In this document: one piece after another, positions 10,396 to 20,208 of the stretch
How positions within the stretch are numbered: the first letter of the stretch is position 1
Layout: each line of letters opens with the position of its first letter
Origin: Pseudomonadota bacterium
GTDB lineage: Bacteria > Pseudomonadota > Alphaproteobacteria > Rhodobacterales > Rhodobacteraceae
Length of the DNA stretch: 64,000 nucleotides
Direction of reading: 5' to 3'
NCBI GenBank assembly: GCA_039028795.1
Contig: JBCCHJ010000013.1
Coordinates: forward strand, 35,587-99,586
The notes under the pieces: model-generated
Database searches by the model: none
What the model was told of the DNA's origin: nothing
Seen by the model: the letters and a program-made list of their open reading frames with translations, nothing else
Program-made: the position numbers and the translations under genes

Positions 10396-11349
10396 TTACT
10401 TCCACAGTCGCTGCAGATACGCCGCTACGTCCTGATGCGCTTGCTCTGCCATATCTGTCTGACCCAGATAGCCGAAGAAGCCATGGATCATGCCGGGATA
10501 GTCGATGTACTCGGCAGCGACGCCGTCGGCTTTAAGACGTTCGTAATAGGCCACACCCTCGTCTTTCAGCACATCGCACTCGGCGGTGATCACCAGGGCC
10601 GGGGGCAGACCCGCCAGCGAGCTTGCAAGCAGCGGAGAGCATCTCCAATCCTCGACATCCTCCGCACGGGCCAGATAGTGATCCCGGAACCAAGACACCG
10701 TTTCGTCCTCTAAAATGCCATAGCCGACGCCATAGCGTTCATGCGAGGAACGCCCTCCCCGATAGTCCGTGACTGGGTATACCAGAACCTGGGCAGAGAA
10801 GAACTCCTGCCCTGCATCGCGGGCCATCAAGGCCACCACCGTCGCCAGGTTTCCGCCAGCGCTGTCCCCCGTCAGCGCGATGCGCATGGGGTCGATCTGC
10901 AGCGTCTCTGCCTCGCTCGCCACCCAGACCGCCGCCTGATAGGCATCCTCGACAGCTGCCGGAAACGGATCTTCCGGACCCATCCGATAGTCGATCGAGA
11001 CCACGGTGCACCCGGTCGTCCGGCACATGAACCGGGCCATCGTGTCGTGACCGTTCAGACTGCTGATCACATGACCGCCACCATGGAAAAAGACGAGGCC
11101 AGGTTGGACGCCATCCGCGGATGCCCGATAGATACGGATCGGAATGTCACCAGCGTCCGGCCCGGTGGTCGTATCCACGACGTCTGCAACTTCAGGGGAT
11201 GGATAGGATTCGCGCCGTTTGTCAGCCATTGCCTCAACCAACATCCGGGCGGCCTCTGGTTCCAGATCCTGAATCTTCGGAATGTTCAGGTCCGCCATCA
11301 ATTTGAGCATTTCCTGAATTTGCGGATCCAGATCGTTTGGAATGGTCAT
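10396..11349 (-). CDS. Alpha/beta hydrolase, HSL (family IV) esterase/lipase
   Basis: HGGG oxyanion motif, GDSAGG, ECDVLKDEG, HGF. Confidence 0.93.
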   Translation of the reverse strand: MTIPNDLDPQIQEMLKLMADLNIPKIQDLEPEAARMLVEAMADKRRESYPSPEVADVVDTTTGPDAGDIPIRIYRASADGVQPGLVFFHGGGHVISSLNGHDTMARFMCRTTGCTVVSIDYRMGPEDPFPAAVEDAYQAAVWVASEAETLQIDPMRIALTGDSAGGNLATVVALMARDAGQEFFSAQVLVYPVTDYRGGRSSHERYGVGYGILEDETVSWFRDHYLARAEDVEDWRCSPLLASSLAGLPPALVITAECDVLKDEGVAYYERLKADGVAAEYIDYPGMIHGFFGYLGQTDMAEQAHQDVAAYLQRLWK

Positions 11350-11568
11350 CCTAGCCCTCTCTCCGCGGCGCACAGTTCGCCCGGTCTAAAGACCTCTCAG
11401 TCGGCAGCGCATTGCGGATGCAATGCACGAAAGACCGATCTCCGCGCAAACGATAGGGCGGCCATCGCGGCGGACCAAGTGCTTTGTCCCTGGTCACGCA
11501 ATTCATCACGATGCCGGATTGATCCCCCCGAAAGGCTAGCATACGAGAGATCAAAGCAAAGGCGGAGG

Positions 11569-12348
11569 ATGACGATGTTCGACCTGGGACTCACTGGAAA
11601 ACGCGTATTGATCACCGGCGGCAGCGATGGCTTAGGCCGCGCCACAGCCCATCGGTTTGCATCAGAAGGCGCCGAGGTCGTCATCTGTGGACGGCGCGCG
11701 GACTACCTGGCCGGCTCTGCGAAGGCCCTGACGGACGAAACCGGCAAAGAGGTTCGCGCAATTCAGGCAGATGTCTCTATCGCCGCAGACTGCGCCCGGT
11801 TGATGGACGAAAGCTTGGACCAATTGGGCGGCCTGGATATCCTGATCAACAACGCAGGCGCGTCAGCCGCAGCCTCGATATTGGATGTCGACGACGACGC
11901 CTGGCAGGCGGATTTCGACCTGAAGGTGATGGCCGCCGTCAGATTGTGCCGTGCGGCCGTTCCCGCCATGAAGGCCGCAGGCGGCGGATCAATCATCAAC
12001 GCCGCGATCTCAGGCGGCAAGGCGCCCCCGGCCCGGCAATTGCCAACCTCGCTGACACGCGCCGCAGGATTGAACCTGACAAAATCGCTGTCCCAAGAGT
12101 TTGCCCCGGACAACATCCGGGTGAATGCCATCTGCATCGGTTTGTTGAAATCGGCGCAATGGGACCGCCGGGCGGGCACAACGCCGATGGAAGATTTTTA
12201 TGCTGATCTCTCCGGCAAAGTGCCTTTGGGCAGGATCGGTGAGGCTGAAGATTACGCCGACCTCGCCGCATTCCTCTGCTCTGCCCGCGGCAGCTACATC
12301 ACCGGCACGGCGGTCAACCTGGACGGCGGTATGTGCGCGGTGCTCTGA
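11569..12348 (+). CDS. Short-chain dehydrogenase/reductase
   Basis: TGGSDGLG, NNAG, DNIRVNAI, ITGTAVNLDGG; GGAGG RBS. Confidence 0.93.
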   Translation: MTMFDLGLTGKRVLITGGSDGLGRATAHRFASEGAEVVICGRRADYLAGSAKALTDETGKEVRAIQADVSIAADCARLMDESLDQLGGLDILINNAGASAAASILDVDDDAWQADFDLKVMAAVRLCRAAVPAMKAAGGGSIINAAISGGKAPPARQLPTSLTRAAGLNLTKSLSQEFAPDNIRVNAICIGLLKSAQWDRRAGTTPMEDFYADLSGKVPLGRIGEAEDYADLAAFLCSARGSYITGTAVNLDGGMCAVL

Positions 12349-12423
12349 AACCGCGCGCTATAACACCGCCAACGCGATCAGATCCCATGGGTCGAAAATT
12401 TCGGAAAGAGCGGTTTCCATGCT

Positions 12424-13398
12424 CTAACGCACCACCAGTTCGACCCGTCGATTGACGGCCCGTCCCTCGGTGGTGGTGTTCGCCCGCAGCGGGGACAGGT
12501 ACACGATGCCCATCGCCTCAAGCCTGCCCGCCGCAATCCCACGGTTGATCAAGGCCCGCATGACGGCTTCCGCCCGGCGCTGCGAAAGGGCGATGTTTGC
12601 ATTCAGACCGCCTTGGTTGTCGGAATGCCCAACAATCGCGACACGAAGATCCGGGTGATCCTCCAGCATCTTGGCAACCTGATCCAGGGCAGGTTTAGAC
12701 GCGCCAGCAATCTGGGCCCCGCCCGTTGCGAAGGAAACGCCGGTAATCGCAAGATGACCATCTACAACGAGCCGATCATAGGGCGTGTCAGTTACGGCTG
12801 GAGCATCAGCGGCCGCGGGCGGATCGGCACTTTCTGGCGGCGGTTCATTGGATACGATCGGCAATTCTGCCTGCGGCGCACGCCGTGTTAGCGACACATC
12901 GCCATCGGTCGGCACAATTGTCACCGTTTGGATAAATACAACACCGCGGACGTCACTGGCCAAGACCGAAATCACGCCCGGAGGATCGGCGCGTTTCAAG
13001 CTGAGCTGGGCAAAATCGGCGACATCCAGTTGCATCGCTGGTGGCGGTATAAGATCAGTGCCGAAGCGAAAATCAAATCCGCCGCAGTCGCGCCCTGCGC
13101 AGTCCAGCACGACCTCGAAGCCTTGCTCGGCCAGACGCGCCCGATAACCGTTGATCACGTCTTCCGTCCGCACGCCGCCCACTTTCATCGCAGTCCAACG
13201 GCTCAACCCTTTCAGGGCAACCAATGGCACCGCCTCCCCGCCAAAGGGGCTCACCGGAACTCTGTAGGTGTCGGCTTCTCGTTCAACCTCGGCGGTGATC
13301 TCAGCGCCCTCGGGCGCACCGGCGTCGATCCCGTCTGCCCAGGCGCTTTGTCCAAAGCAGCAGATCAGTCCGATCAAAAATGCTGCCCGGCACAACAT
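12424..13398 (-). CDS. OmpA/MotB-family C-terminal domain protein
   Basis: Signal peptide; C-terminal IVGHSD..NIALSQRRAEAV..NRRVELV. Confidence 0.9.
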   Translation of the reverse strand: MLCRAAFLIGLICCFGQSAWADGIDAGAPEGAEITAEVEREADTYRVPVSPFGGEAVPLVALKGLSRWTAMKVGGVRTEDVINGYRARLAEQGFEVVLDCAGRDCGGFDFRFGTDLIPPPAMQLDVADFAQLSLKRADPPGVISVLASDVRGVVFIQTVTIVPTDGDVSLTRRAPQAELPIVSNEPPPESADPPAAADAPAVTDTPYDRLVVDGHLAITGVSFATGGAQIAGASKPALDQVAKMLEDHPDLRVAIVGHSDNQGGLNANIALSQRRAEAVMRALINRGIAAGRLEAMGIVYLSPLRANTTTEGRAVNRRVELVVR

Positions 13399-13403
13399 GC
13401 CGC

Positions 13404-13967
13404 CTAACCCCTTGCCATCGCGTGATAATCTGGGTTCGGCTCCATCCCGACGGCGCTGGCCATCCGGTTCGACATGTTGAAGAAGCCGGCGACAGAGGCC
13501 AGATCCCATATGTCCTCATCATTCAGACCATGATCGCGCAGCACCTGGCGATCAGCCTCGCTGATGTCGGCGCTGGCCTCGGTCATCTTCATGGCAAATT
13601 CCAGCAGGGCGCGCTGACGGGCATCCACCTTGGCAGCACGCCAGTTCATCACCAAGGCCTCGCCCAAAGCCGGGTCACCGGACAGACTGCGCACCTGTGC
13701 CCCATGCGCGACCTGGCAATACCAGCACCGGTTATGGGCAGACACCGCTACCGCGATCATCTCGCGTTCCAGCTTTGAAAGCCCCGATGGACCCAGCATC
13801 AGGTCGTTATACATCTGGCTGAAGGCGCGAAGCTTTTCCGGTCGATGCGCGTAGGCGGCAAGAACATTCGGCACTAGGCCCAGCTTAACCTGGCACTTCT
13901 CGAACAACTCGATCACATCTTCGGGCAAGGGATCAGGCAGCGGCAGGTCCAAGGCCATCAGGGACAT
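13404..13967 (-). CDS. Peroxidase-related enzyme (AhpD/CMD family)
   Basis: LEREMIAVAVSAHNRCWYCQVAHG, FNMSNR. Confidence 0.92.
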   Translation of the reverse strand: MSLMALDLPLPDPLPEDVIELFEKCQVKLGLVPNVLAAYAHRPEKLRAFSQMYNDLMLGPSGLSKLEREMIAVAVSAHNRCWYCQVAHGAQVRSLSGDPALGEALVMNWRAAKVDARQRALLEFAMKMTEASADISEADRQVLRDHGLNDEDIWDLASVAGFFNMSNRMASAVGMEPNPDYHAMARG

Positions 13968-14686
13968 CACCAAGCCTCCTTCAATATACGGTAATGGTAA
14001 CGACCCTGGGCGGTCATGCCCAGTTTCTCGTACAATGTCCGCGCTGGCGCATTGTAGTCGACAACTGCCAGGGTCAGCCAGACCGCCCCTGCCTCCAGGG
14101 CGAACCGGGCAGCCGAATCCATCATCAAGGCCGCAACGCCCTTCCGGCGCATGTCTTGGCGGACTTCGATGGCATGGATCATAGCGACATCCCCATCGAC
14201 GGCGACAAAAGCGGCCCCGCAAGGACGGTCTTCCATGCGCCCTAAAAGGAAGCAAAACGGGATCTGGACACGGTCCATGATCGCCCGGCGCGCAGGTCCG
14301 ATACCCCCGGCGTCCCAGACCTCCTCCATAATCGCAGGGCGCAGGCTGGCCCTGTAGGCCGCTCCAGTGTGATCGGCCTCTCCCGCCATGGCTTCGGCAC
14401 GGCCTGCATAGAACACGACTGGCTCGTGCATAGCATAGCCGCGCGCTGCCAAATCGGCGTCTAAAGCCTCTTCCTCTGGGGTCAACTGGAACAACGGCGC
14501 CTGCCCCCAGTCCCGCATCGCGGCTTCGGCCTCGTCTATGCGTCCGCCGCCCAAGGCCGAGGCCGCAGAAACCCGATTGCCGCCGCCTTCGCCCCGGCGC
14601 AGCCGCCAACCATCCCGATCAGCGATTTCCGCAGCGGGCCAGGTCGCCTCTAAAGCGGCCATGAAGCTGTGCTGAGAGACATCCAT
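13967..14686 (-). CDS. GNAT family N-acetyltransferase
   Basis: IEVRQDMRRKGVA acetyl-CoA motif, NAPARTLYEKLG. Confidence 0.88.
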   Translation of the reverse strand: MDVSQHSFMAALEATWPAAEIADRDGWRLRRGEGGGNRVSAASALGGGRIDEAEAAMRDWGQAPLFQLTPEEEALDADLAARGYAMHEPVVFYAGRAEAMAGEADHTGAAYRASLRPAIMEEVWDAGGIGPARRAIMDRVQIPFCFLLGRMEDRPCGAAFVAVDGDVAMIHAIEVRQDMRRKGVAALMMDSAARFALEAGAVWLTLAVVDYNAPARTLYEKLGMTAQGRYHYRILKEAW

Positions 14687-14769
14687 GCGTGCGTTCCCGT
14701 AGATTCTGCTGTCAGACTCAGCCTCAAATGCCTATGCTGTTCAGTGCCGGGCCGCAAGTTGGTCCCGGC

Positions 14770-14935
14770 CTGTTCTCAGGGCGGGGTGAAAGTCCCCACC
14801 GGCGGTGACGGGTGCAAAACCCGAAGCCCGCGAGCGCTTTCGTGTAGACCGGGTTGTCAGACCCGGCTGGATGAAAGGTCAGCAGATCTGGTGCGATTCC
14901 AGAGCCGACGGTGATAGTCCGGATGAAAGAGAACG
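14770..14935 (+). promoter_or_regulatory. FMN riboswitch (RFN element)
   Basis: TCAGGGCGGGGTGAAAGTCCCCACCGGCGGT...AGCCCGCGAGCG...GCAGATCTGGTGCGATTCCAGAGCCGACGGTGATAGTCCGGATGAAAGAGAA; upstream of ribH. Confidence 0.97.
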
Positions 14936-15019
14936 GCGAAGCGACGGCCGAGGTGCATCCCGCACCCGTCTGCCCTTTCGTCAGCCCTGAGGTCTTGGGA
15001 CGGATGAAAGGAGACAACG

Positions 15020-15481
15020 ATGTCAAACACCCAAGCCCTCACCGATCAAAAGATCGCGCTGATTCAAGCCCGCTGGCACGCCGATATTGTCGATCAGGCA
15101 CGTCTTGGCCTGTTAGAGGCCCTGCCCCCCGGCATGACCGTTGATGTGGTCGATGTGCCCGGTGCGTTGGAAATCCCCCTGACCGCAAAGCGGCTGGCCC
15201 AGACCGGCCAGTATGGCGCGGTGATCGGGGCTGCCTTTGTGGTCGATGGTGGAATATACCGACACGACTTCGTCGCGGGCACCGTGGTCGATGCGCTGGT
15301 CCGCGTTGGGTTGGAAACCGATGTGCCGGTGCTCTCGGTGGTGCTGACCCCGCATCAGTATCAAGAGACAGAGCAGCACAATTCGTTCTTCCACGACCAC
15401 TTCAGGGTCAAAGGGATCGAGGCTGCACACGCCGCGCTATCGATGTTGTCACCAGCTACGGCCACAACGCTGGCGGCGTGA
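15020..15481 (+). CDS. ribH: 6,7-dimethyl-8-ribityllumazine synthase (type II/RibH2-like)
   Basis: [31 protein letters not shown]; downstream of FMN riboswitch. Confidence 0.93.
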   Translation: MSNTQALTDQKIALIQARWHADIVDQARLGLLEALPPGMTVDVVDVPGALEIPLTAKRLAQTGQYGAVIGAAFVVDGGIYRHDFVAGTVVDALVRVGLETDVPVLSVVLTPHQYQETEQHNSFFHDHFRVKGIEAAHAALSMLSPATATTLAA

Positions 15482-15489
15482 GAAAATCT

Positions 15490-15515
15490 GCGGGGTGCGA
15501 TTTACCGCACCCCGC
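15490..15515. terminator. Terminator-like hairpin after ribH
   Basis: Perfect 10-bp stem GCGGGGTGCG-ATTTAC-CGCACCCCGC. Confidence 0.65.
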
Positions 15516-15573
15516 CCAGACGGATAGGTTTACAAGGCACGTTAGAGGCTGAAGCTTAATCTCGGAGCGCATT

Positions 15574-16368
15574 ATGAAACGATCCTTCACCCTTACCTCT
15601 ATTGCCCTCACAGCCGTGTTTGCCATCGCGTGCCAGCCAAGCGCCCAGCACGGATCCGGCACGGCGACCGCGAAAGAGCCGTCAGTCACACAAACCGGTG
15701 GTCAGACCTGCATCCGCTCGGACGGTCTGCCGAACCACACGACGGGACAATTTCCCAATCGCGGGAACCCGAACCGCATCCGGCCGCAAAGGATCAACGT
15801 CTGCGTCTCCAGCACACCACGGAAAGGCTCGACCCCCATCGAGGTGCGCGGCTCGATGGGCATCGCGGTGAACGGCGTCATGATCCGGCCCGGCACAGCG
15901 GATTGGTATGATCCGCGCTCGCCTCGGGGCTTCAGCCGCGATCGGTCTTCGGGATGGAACCTGGAAGGCATGGGTGCCGGGGTTCAACTCGGCCTTGATC
16001 AGAACAACGCCCATGTCGACCCGCGCGGGCTCTACCACTATCACGGCATTCCGACCGGACTGGTCTCGAAACTGCAGGACGGCATGATCGGTTGGGCAGC
16101 AGATGGGTTTCCGCTGTATCTTGCTGGCCCGGCGGAAACCTCAAGCTGGCGTCTGAAATCCGGCGAGCGGCCGACGCCGCCCTATGGCGCTTATGACGGC
16201 ACCTATGTTCAGGACTGGGAGCATCTTTCAGGATCAGGGACCCTGGACCAGTGCAATGGCGGCCTAAAGAACGGTCAGTTCGTCTACTTTGTGACAGACA
16301 CCTATCCGTTCTATCCACGCTGCCTCTGGGGCCAGCCCAGCCAGGATTTCCGACCACCCCGCCGTTAA
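15574..16368 (+). CDS. YHYH-domain exported protein
   Basis: Lipoprotein-like signal (FAIAC), GIAVNGV, LDQNNAHV, YHYHG, GWAADGFP, LDQCNG, YPFYPRC. Confidence 0.9.
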   Translation: MKRSFTLTSIALTAVFAIACQPSAQHGSGTATAKEPSVTQTGGQTCIRSDGLPNHTTGQFPNRGNPNRIRPQRINVCVSSTPRKGSTPIEVRGSMGIAVNGVMIRPGTADWYDPRSPRGFSRDRSSGWNLEGMGAGVQLGLDQNNAHVDPRGLYHYHGIPTGLVSKLQDGMIGWAADGFPLYLAGPAETSSWRLKSGERPTPPYGAYDGTYVQDWEHLSGSGTLDQCNGGLKNGQFVYFVTDTYPFYPRCLWGQPSQDFRPPRR

Positions 16369-16390
16369 CGTTAACCGGTCGACTTTCTGT

Positions 16391-16456
16391 ACATACAGAT
16401 GACATACGCATGGCATACCGATGGCATACACATGCTGTACGCATGGCATACCGGTG
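16391..16456. repeat. Six imperfect tandem 11-bp repeats (consensus RCATACNNATG)
   Basis: ACATACAGATG/ACATACGCATG/GCATACCGATG/GCATACACATG/CTGTACGCATG/GCATACCGGTG. Confidence 0.85.
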
Positions 16457-16565
16457 GATTCCCAGCGTAAGCGGAGTTAACCAGCCCGACAGCCCGTTGC
16501 TTTGCAAACGGCGAGAGGGGCCTGCGTGCCATGTAGGACAGGTGGAAACCCATCCGAAATCGGTC

Positions 16566-17048
16566 TCACCCACGCTCGCGCATCAACCGGGCCTTGTCGC
16601 GTTGCCAGTCGCGTTTCGCCTCGGTCTGACGCTTGTCCGGGGCTCTCTTACCCTTGGCCAAACCCAACAGCAGCTTCGCGCGGCCTTTCTCGTTGAAATA
16701 GAGTTTCAATGGAACAAGCGTCATGCCCTGACGCCCGGTCGCCTGCCACATCTTCGCGATTTCTCGCTTCTTGGCCAATAACTTACGCCGGCGGCGTTCC
16801 TCGTGGCTGTTCGCCTCGGACTTGGCGTGGCTGAAGGGTGGGATATAGGCGTTGACCAGCCAAAGCTCGCCATTTTCCACGGCCGCATAGCTTTCGGTGA
16901 TATTGGCCGAGCCTTCACGCAAGGCCTTTACCTCGGACCCTTGAAGAGCAATCCCGGTCTCGATGGTGTCTTCAATGAAATAGTCATAGCGCGCCCGCCG
17001 GTTCTCGGCGGTCGGGGAATTAACCGGCTTTTTAGCTTTATTTGACAT
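16566..17048 (-). CDS. smpB: SsrA-binding protein
   Basis: [42 protein letters not shown]. Confidence 0.98.
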   Translation of the reverse strand: MSNKAKKPVNSPTAENRRARYDYFIEDTIETGIALQGSEVKALREGSANITESYAAVENGELWLVNAYIPPFSHAKSEANSHEERRRRKLLAKKREIAKMWQATGRQGMTLVPLKLYFNEKGRAKLLLGLAKGKRAPDKRQTEAKRDWQRDKARLMRERG

Positions 17049-17093
17049 AAGGCGCGCGGATATGGAGCACCCGGTCCGCGCTGTCAACGTCTG

Positions 17094-17399
17094 TCAGGGC
17101 AAATCGAAGGCGCAACGGTCCTTTGCGTGGCGTTTGAAGACCTGAATTGCATCGTAGAACGCTTCGGCGCCGGAATGCCCTTTGATCGCGGCGATCTCGG
17201 CAACCGAAACTTGTTGGCCCAGATAATCGGCGATAACCGAATGAATCGAGACGCGCACATGGTCGTCGGCAACCTGTTGCAAACAGGCGCATTCGACGTC
17301 AATGCCGATGTCTCGGGCCAGGCAGGATTTGTGGATCAACCCATCTTCCGCGGCCAGGGCCGGCGCGGCCAACAAGGACAGTGCAATTACGGCCCTCAA
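17094..17399 (-). CDS. Small secreted hypothetical protein with four Cys
   Basis: TTG start overlapping the dapA stop; signal peptide ending ALA; 101 aa. Confidence 0.65.
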   Translation of the reverse strand: MRAVIALSLLAAPALAAEDGLIHKSCLARDIGIDVECACLQQVADDHVRVSIHSVIADYLGQQVSVAEIAAIKGHSGAEAFYDAIQVFKRHAKDRCAFDLP

Positions 17400-18292
17400 T
17401 TCAGCAGGCCTGCATGCACCATGGCGTCACGTATTTCGCCTTGGACGCCCTCGCTGACCGGGACGTGCGGCAACCTGACATCGTTTTCGCAGCGGCCCAG
17501 CAGCGAAAGACCATATTTCGCGCCAACCAGCCCAGGCTCCAGAAAAATCGCACGATGCAACGGCATCAGGCGATCCTGCAGTTCCAGGGCCTTTGCCTGG
17601 TCACCGTTGAGCGAGGCTTCCTGGAACTCGGCACAAAGCCGCGGGGCGACATTTGCCGTGACCGAAATACAGCCGACCCCGCCATGGGCATTGAACCCCA
17701 GGGCTGACGGATCTTCTGCAGAAAGTTGAATGAAGTCATGGCCACAGAGCGCCCGGTGCATTGTTACACGCATCATGTCCGCAGTGGCATCTTTAGTGCC
17801 GACGATGTTCTTCAACTTCGACATCCGGCCCATCGTTTCCGGTGTGATGTCGATGACGGAGCGGCCCGGGATATTGTAGACAAAGATGGGCAGATCGCAG
17901 CAATCGTTCAGCGCTTTGTAATGCTGATAAAGCCCTTCCTGCGTCGGCTTGTTGTAGTAGGGCGTCACCACCAGCGCCGCATCCGCGCCGACCTTATCAG
18001 CATGCTGCATCAGGCCAATCGCTTCTGCGGTGTTGTTCGACCCCGCGCCCGCGATAACCGGCACCCTGCCAGCAGCATGCTCGACGACGATTTCAACCAC
18101 CCGTTCGTGCTCGGCGTGGCTCAGCGTCGGACTTTCCCCGGTCGTGCCGACGGGGACCAGGCCATGGCTGCCCTCTGCAATGTGCCAATCCACAAGGTCC
18201 CGCATACCGGCTTCGTCAATCTCGCCATCTTTGAAAGGGGTCACCAAGGCTGGCATAGATCCCCGAAATGCAGCGCCGTTGGCACGTCCCAT
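17396..18292 (-). CDS. dapA: 4-hydroxy-tetrahydrodipicolinate synthase
   Basis: [39 protein letters not shown]. Confidence 0.97.
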   Translation of the reverse strand: MGRANGAAFRGSMPALVTPFKDGEIDEAGMRDLVDWHIAEGSHGLVPVGTTGESPTLSHAEHERVVEIVVEHAAGRVPVIAGAGSNNTAEAIGLMQHADKVGADAALVVTPYYNKPTQEGLYQHYKALNDCCDLPIFVYNIPGRSVIDITPETMGRMSKLKNIVGTKDATADMMRVTMHRALCGHDFIQLSAEDPSALGFNAHGGVGCISVTANVAPRLCAEFQEASLNGDQAKALELQDRLMPLHRAIFLEPGLVGAKYGLSLLGRCENDVRLPHVPVSEGVQGEIRDAMVHAGLLN

Positions 18293-18485
18293 CACACATC
18301 TCCTGATACTTTCCGGCCTCCTATAACCACACCGCTCCAAGCGCTGCAAGCAAGCAAGGGTGATCAAAGGCATCAATCCGATCGATTGTTTTGCATTTCA
18401 CTAAATCGAGGGGTGAACCCTGACACAAGACTTGGTAGGTTATCGTCCGAGTCATACGCCATACGGTCCTATTGAGGAGATATTC

Positions 18486-20114
18486 GTGCGGACTATCCTC
18501 CAGCTTCAGACCTTCGCAGCGGCACTTTTGCTTGGCTTTATCGTCGCTTGGACGCCGATTCCAACGCAGGCGCTCAACTTAAACCAAGCCCAACAAGATG
18601 GCTTTTTGATTTCCGAAGCTCTCTCGATCGCATCCTCTGAAGGATGGGAGGCAGCGCAAGCTCATGTGGCCGGCGCCGACCCCCTGATCCAGGACATTGT
18701 GCTATGGCGCAAACTTCGTGCCGGGCGCGGCACGGTTGATGAATACAATGGCTATATCCGCCGCAGGCCCGACTGGCCGGGAGGCGAGATCCTGGGTGAC
18801 GTCGTTCTCGGACGAGACCGCGGAAGCTCGGCGAATTCGTTGTTTGGCGTGGCCGCGGAAAACTGGGGTGCGTTTGCGCGCCAGATGCGGCGGAACAATT
18901 TTGAAGAAGCCGAGGCGATCCTGCTGCCCATCACGTCAAATCCCGGTAATTTGGGCAATCCGGAAGTTTGGGCGAAACGGCGTTTGGTCCTTGCCCGCTG
19001 GGGTGCGCGGAACGGGCGGCACGCGTCGGCCTATCAGATTGCAAGCCAACACCATCTGACGCCTGCTGTAGGCTATTCCTACTCCGACAGCGAATGGGTC
19101 GCGGGCTGGATCGCGTTGCGGAAGTTGAATGATCCTCAGCGCGCCATTGGTCACTTCAAACGGTTTCGGGACTCCGTCGAAACGCCGATCAGCCTGGGCC
19201 GCGGGGGCTATTGGCTGGGCCGGGCCTATGAAGCAGCAGGTGATCGGACGACTGCCAACGGCTGGTATAAGGATGCCGCGCAGTACCAGACCTCTTTCTA
19301 CGGCCAACTGGCCGCTGCAAAGATCGGGGCGACGGGCAACCCTCAACTCACCATCAACGCGCTTCCGGATTGGAAGTCTAATCCGGCGATGAAGTCGGAT
19401 AATGTTCGGCTGGCGGCAACTCTGTTCTATGCGGGCCAGGACAGCCTGGCGATGGCGATGTTTTCCCGGCTGGGCGAAAACCTGCCAATCGGGGCGCTGG
19501 CGTCGCTGACTGATCTGGTGCTGGATATGAACCAGCCCCATTATGCCGTACGCATCGCTAAAAAAGCCGCACGCCGCGGCGTCCTGATTTACCCCGCCTA
19601 CTATCCGGTTCATGAAATAGGGAAGTACACGACCAAGGTCGAACCTGCGTTCGCGCTGGCAATTGCCCGACAGGAAACCGAATTGAACCCCCGGGCCATC
19701 AGTCGGGCGGGGGCCCGGGGACTGATGCAATTGATGCCGGCAACCGCCCGGCGCGTTGCCGGCTGGATCGGCGAGGATTATTCCCGCAGCCGCTTGCTGG
19801 ATGATTGGCGTTATAATGTTCGGCTCGGCGAAGCATATCTAGCAACGCGCACGAGCCAGTTTTCAGGATCCTACGTTATGGCTGCCGCGGCATATAACGC
19901 AGGTGCAGGCCGGGTCGATCAGTGGAATGGGGAGTATGGCGACCCGCGGTTGGGCCAGATCGATATCCTGGACTGGATGGAACAGATTCCGTTTTCCGAA
20001 ACCCGCAACTATGTGCAACGGGTCATGGAGGGGCTTTATGTCTACCGGTCGCGGCTTTCCGGCGTGGCGGGTCCCATGACCCTGCAACAGGACATTACGC
20101 GCGGGATCAGATAG
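18486..20114 (+). CDS. Soluble lytic murein transglycosylase (Slt70-like)
   Basis: ARQETE, GARGLMQLMP, AAYNAGAGRV, IPFSETRNYVQRV; divergent from dapA; GTG start after GGAG. Confidence 0.93.
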   Translation: MRTILQLQTFAAALLLGFIVAWTPIPTQALNLNQAQQDGFLISEALSIASSEGWEAAQAHVAGADPLIQDIVLWRKLRAGRGTVDEYNGYIRRRPDWPGGEILGDVVLGRDRGSSANSLFGVAAENWGAFARQMRRNNFEEAEAILLPITSNPGNLGNPEVWAKRRLVLARWGARNGRHASAYQIASQHHLTPAVGYSYSDSEWVAGWIALRKLNDPQRAIGHFKRFRDSVETPISLGRGGYWLGRAYEAAGDRTTANGWYKDAAQYQTSFYGQLAAAKIGATGNPQLTINALPDWKSNPAMKSDNVRLAATLFYAGQDSLAMAMFSRLGENLPIGALASLTDLVLDMNQPHYAVRIAKKAARRGVLIYPAYYPVHEIGKYTTKVEPAFALAIARQETELNPRAISRAGARGLMQLMPATARRVAGWIGEDYSRSRLLDDWRYNVRLGEAYLATRTSQFSGSYVMAAAAYNAGAGRVDQWNGEYGDPRLGQIDILDWMEQIPFSETRNYVQRVMEGLYVYRSRLSGVAGPMTLQQDITRGIR

Positions 20115-20208
20115 TCGATCCTGCCGTCAGGACCAATACAGGCGGCGCACCCAGGAAGGATGCAAGGCGTGATAGACTCTTCCCCTGATTGATTCTTCAG
20201 GGGCGGAA

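Noticed and set aside
10741-11568. 535-aa ORF 10741-12348 suggesting a long N-terminal extension on the SDR
   Set aside because: The extension is the antisense shadow of the esterase gene; the SDR has its own GGAGG RBS and start at 11569
13968-14609. 401-aa ORF suggesting a fusion upstream of the peroxidase-related enzyme
   Set aside because: It overlaps the GNAT gene in another frame and is Arg/Gly-rich nonsense; the true start is at 13967 with TGATG coupling
16391-16456. Possible CRISPR array
   Set aside because: 11-bp units with no spacers and no cas genes; kept only as a tandem repeat
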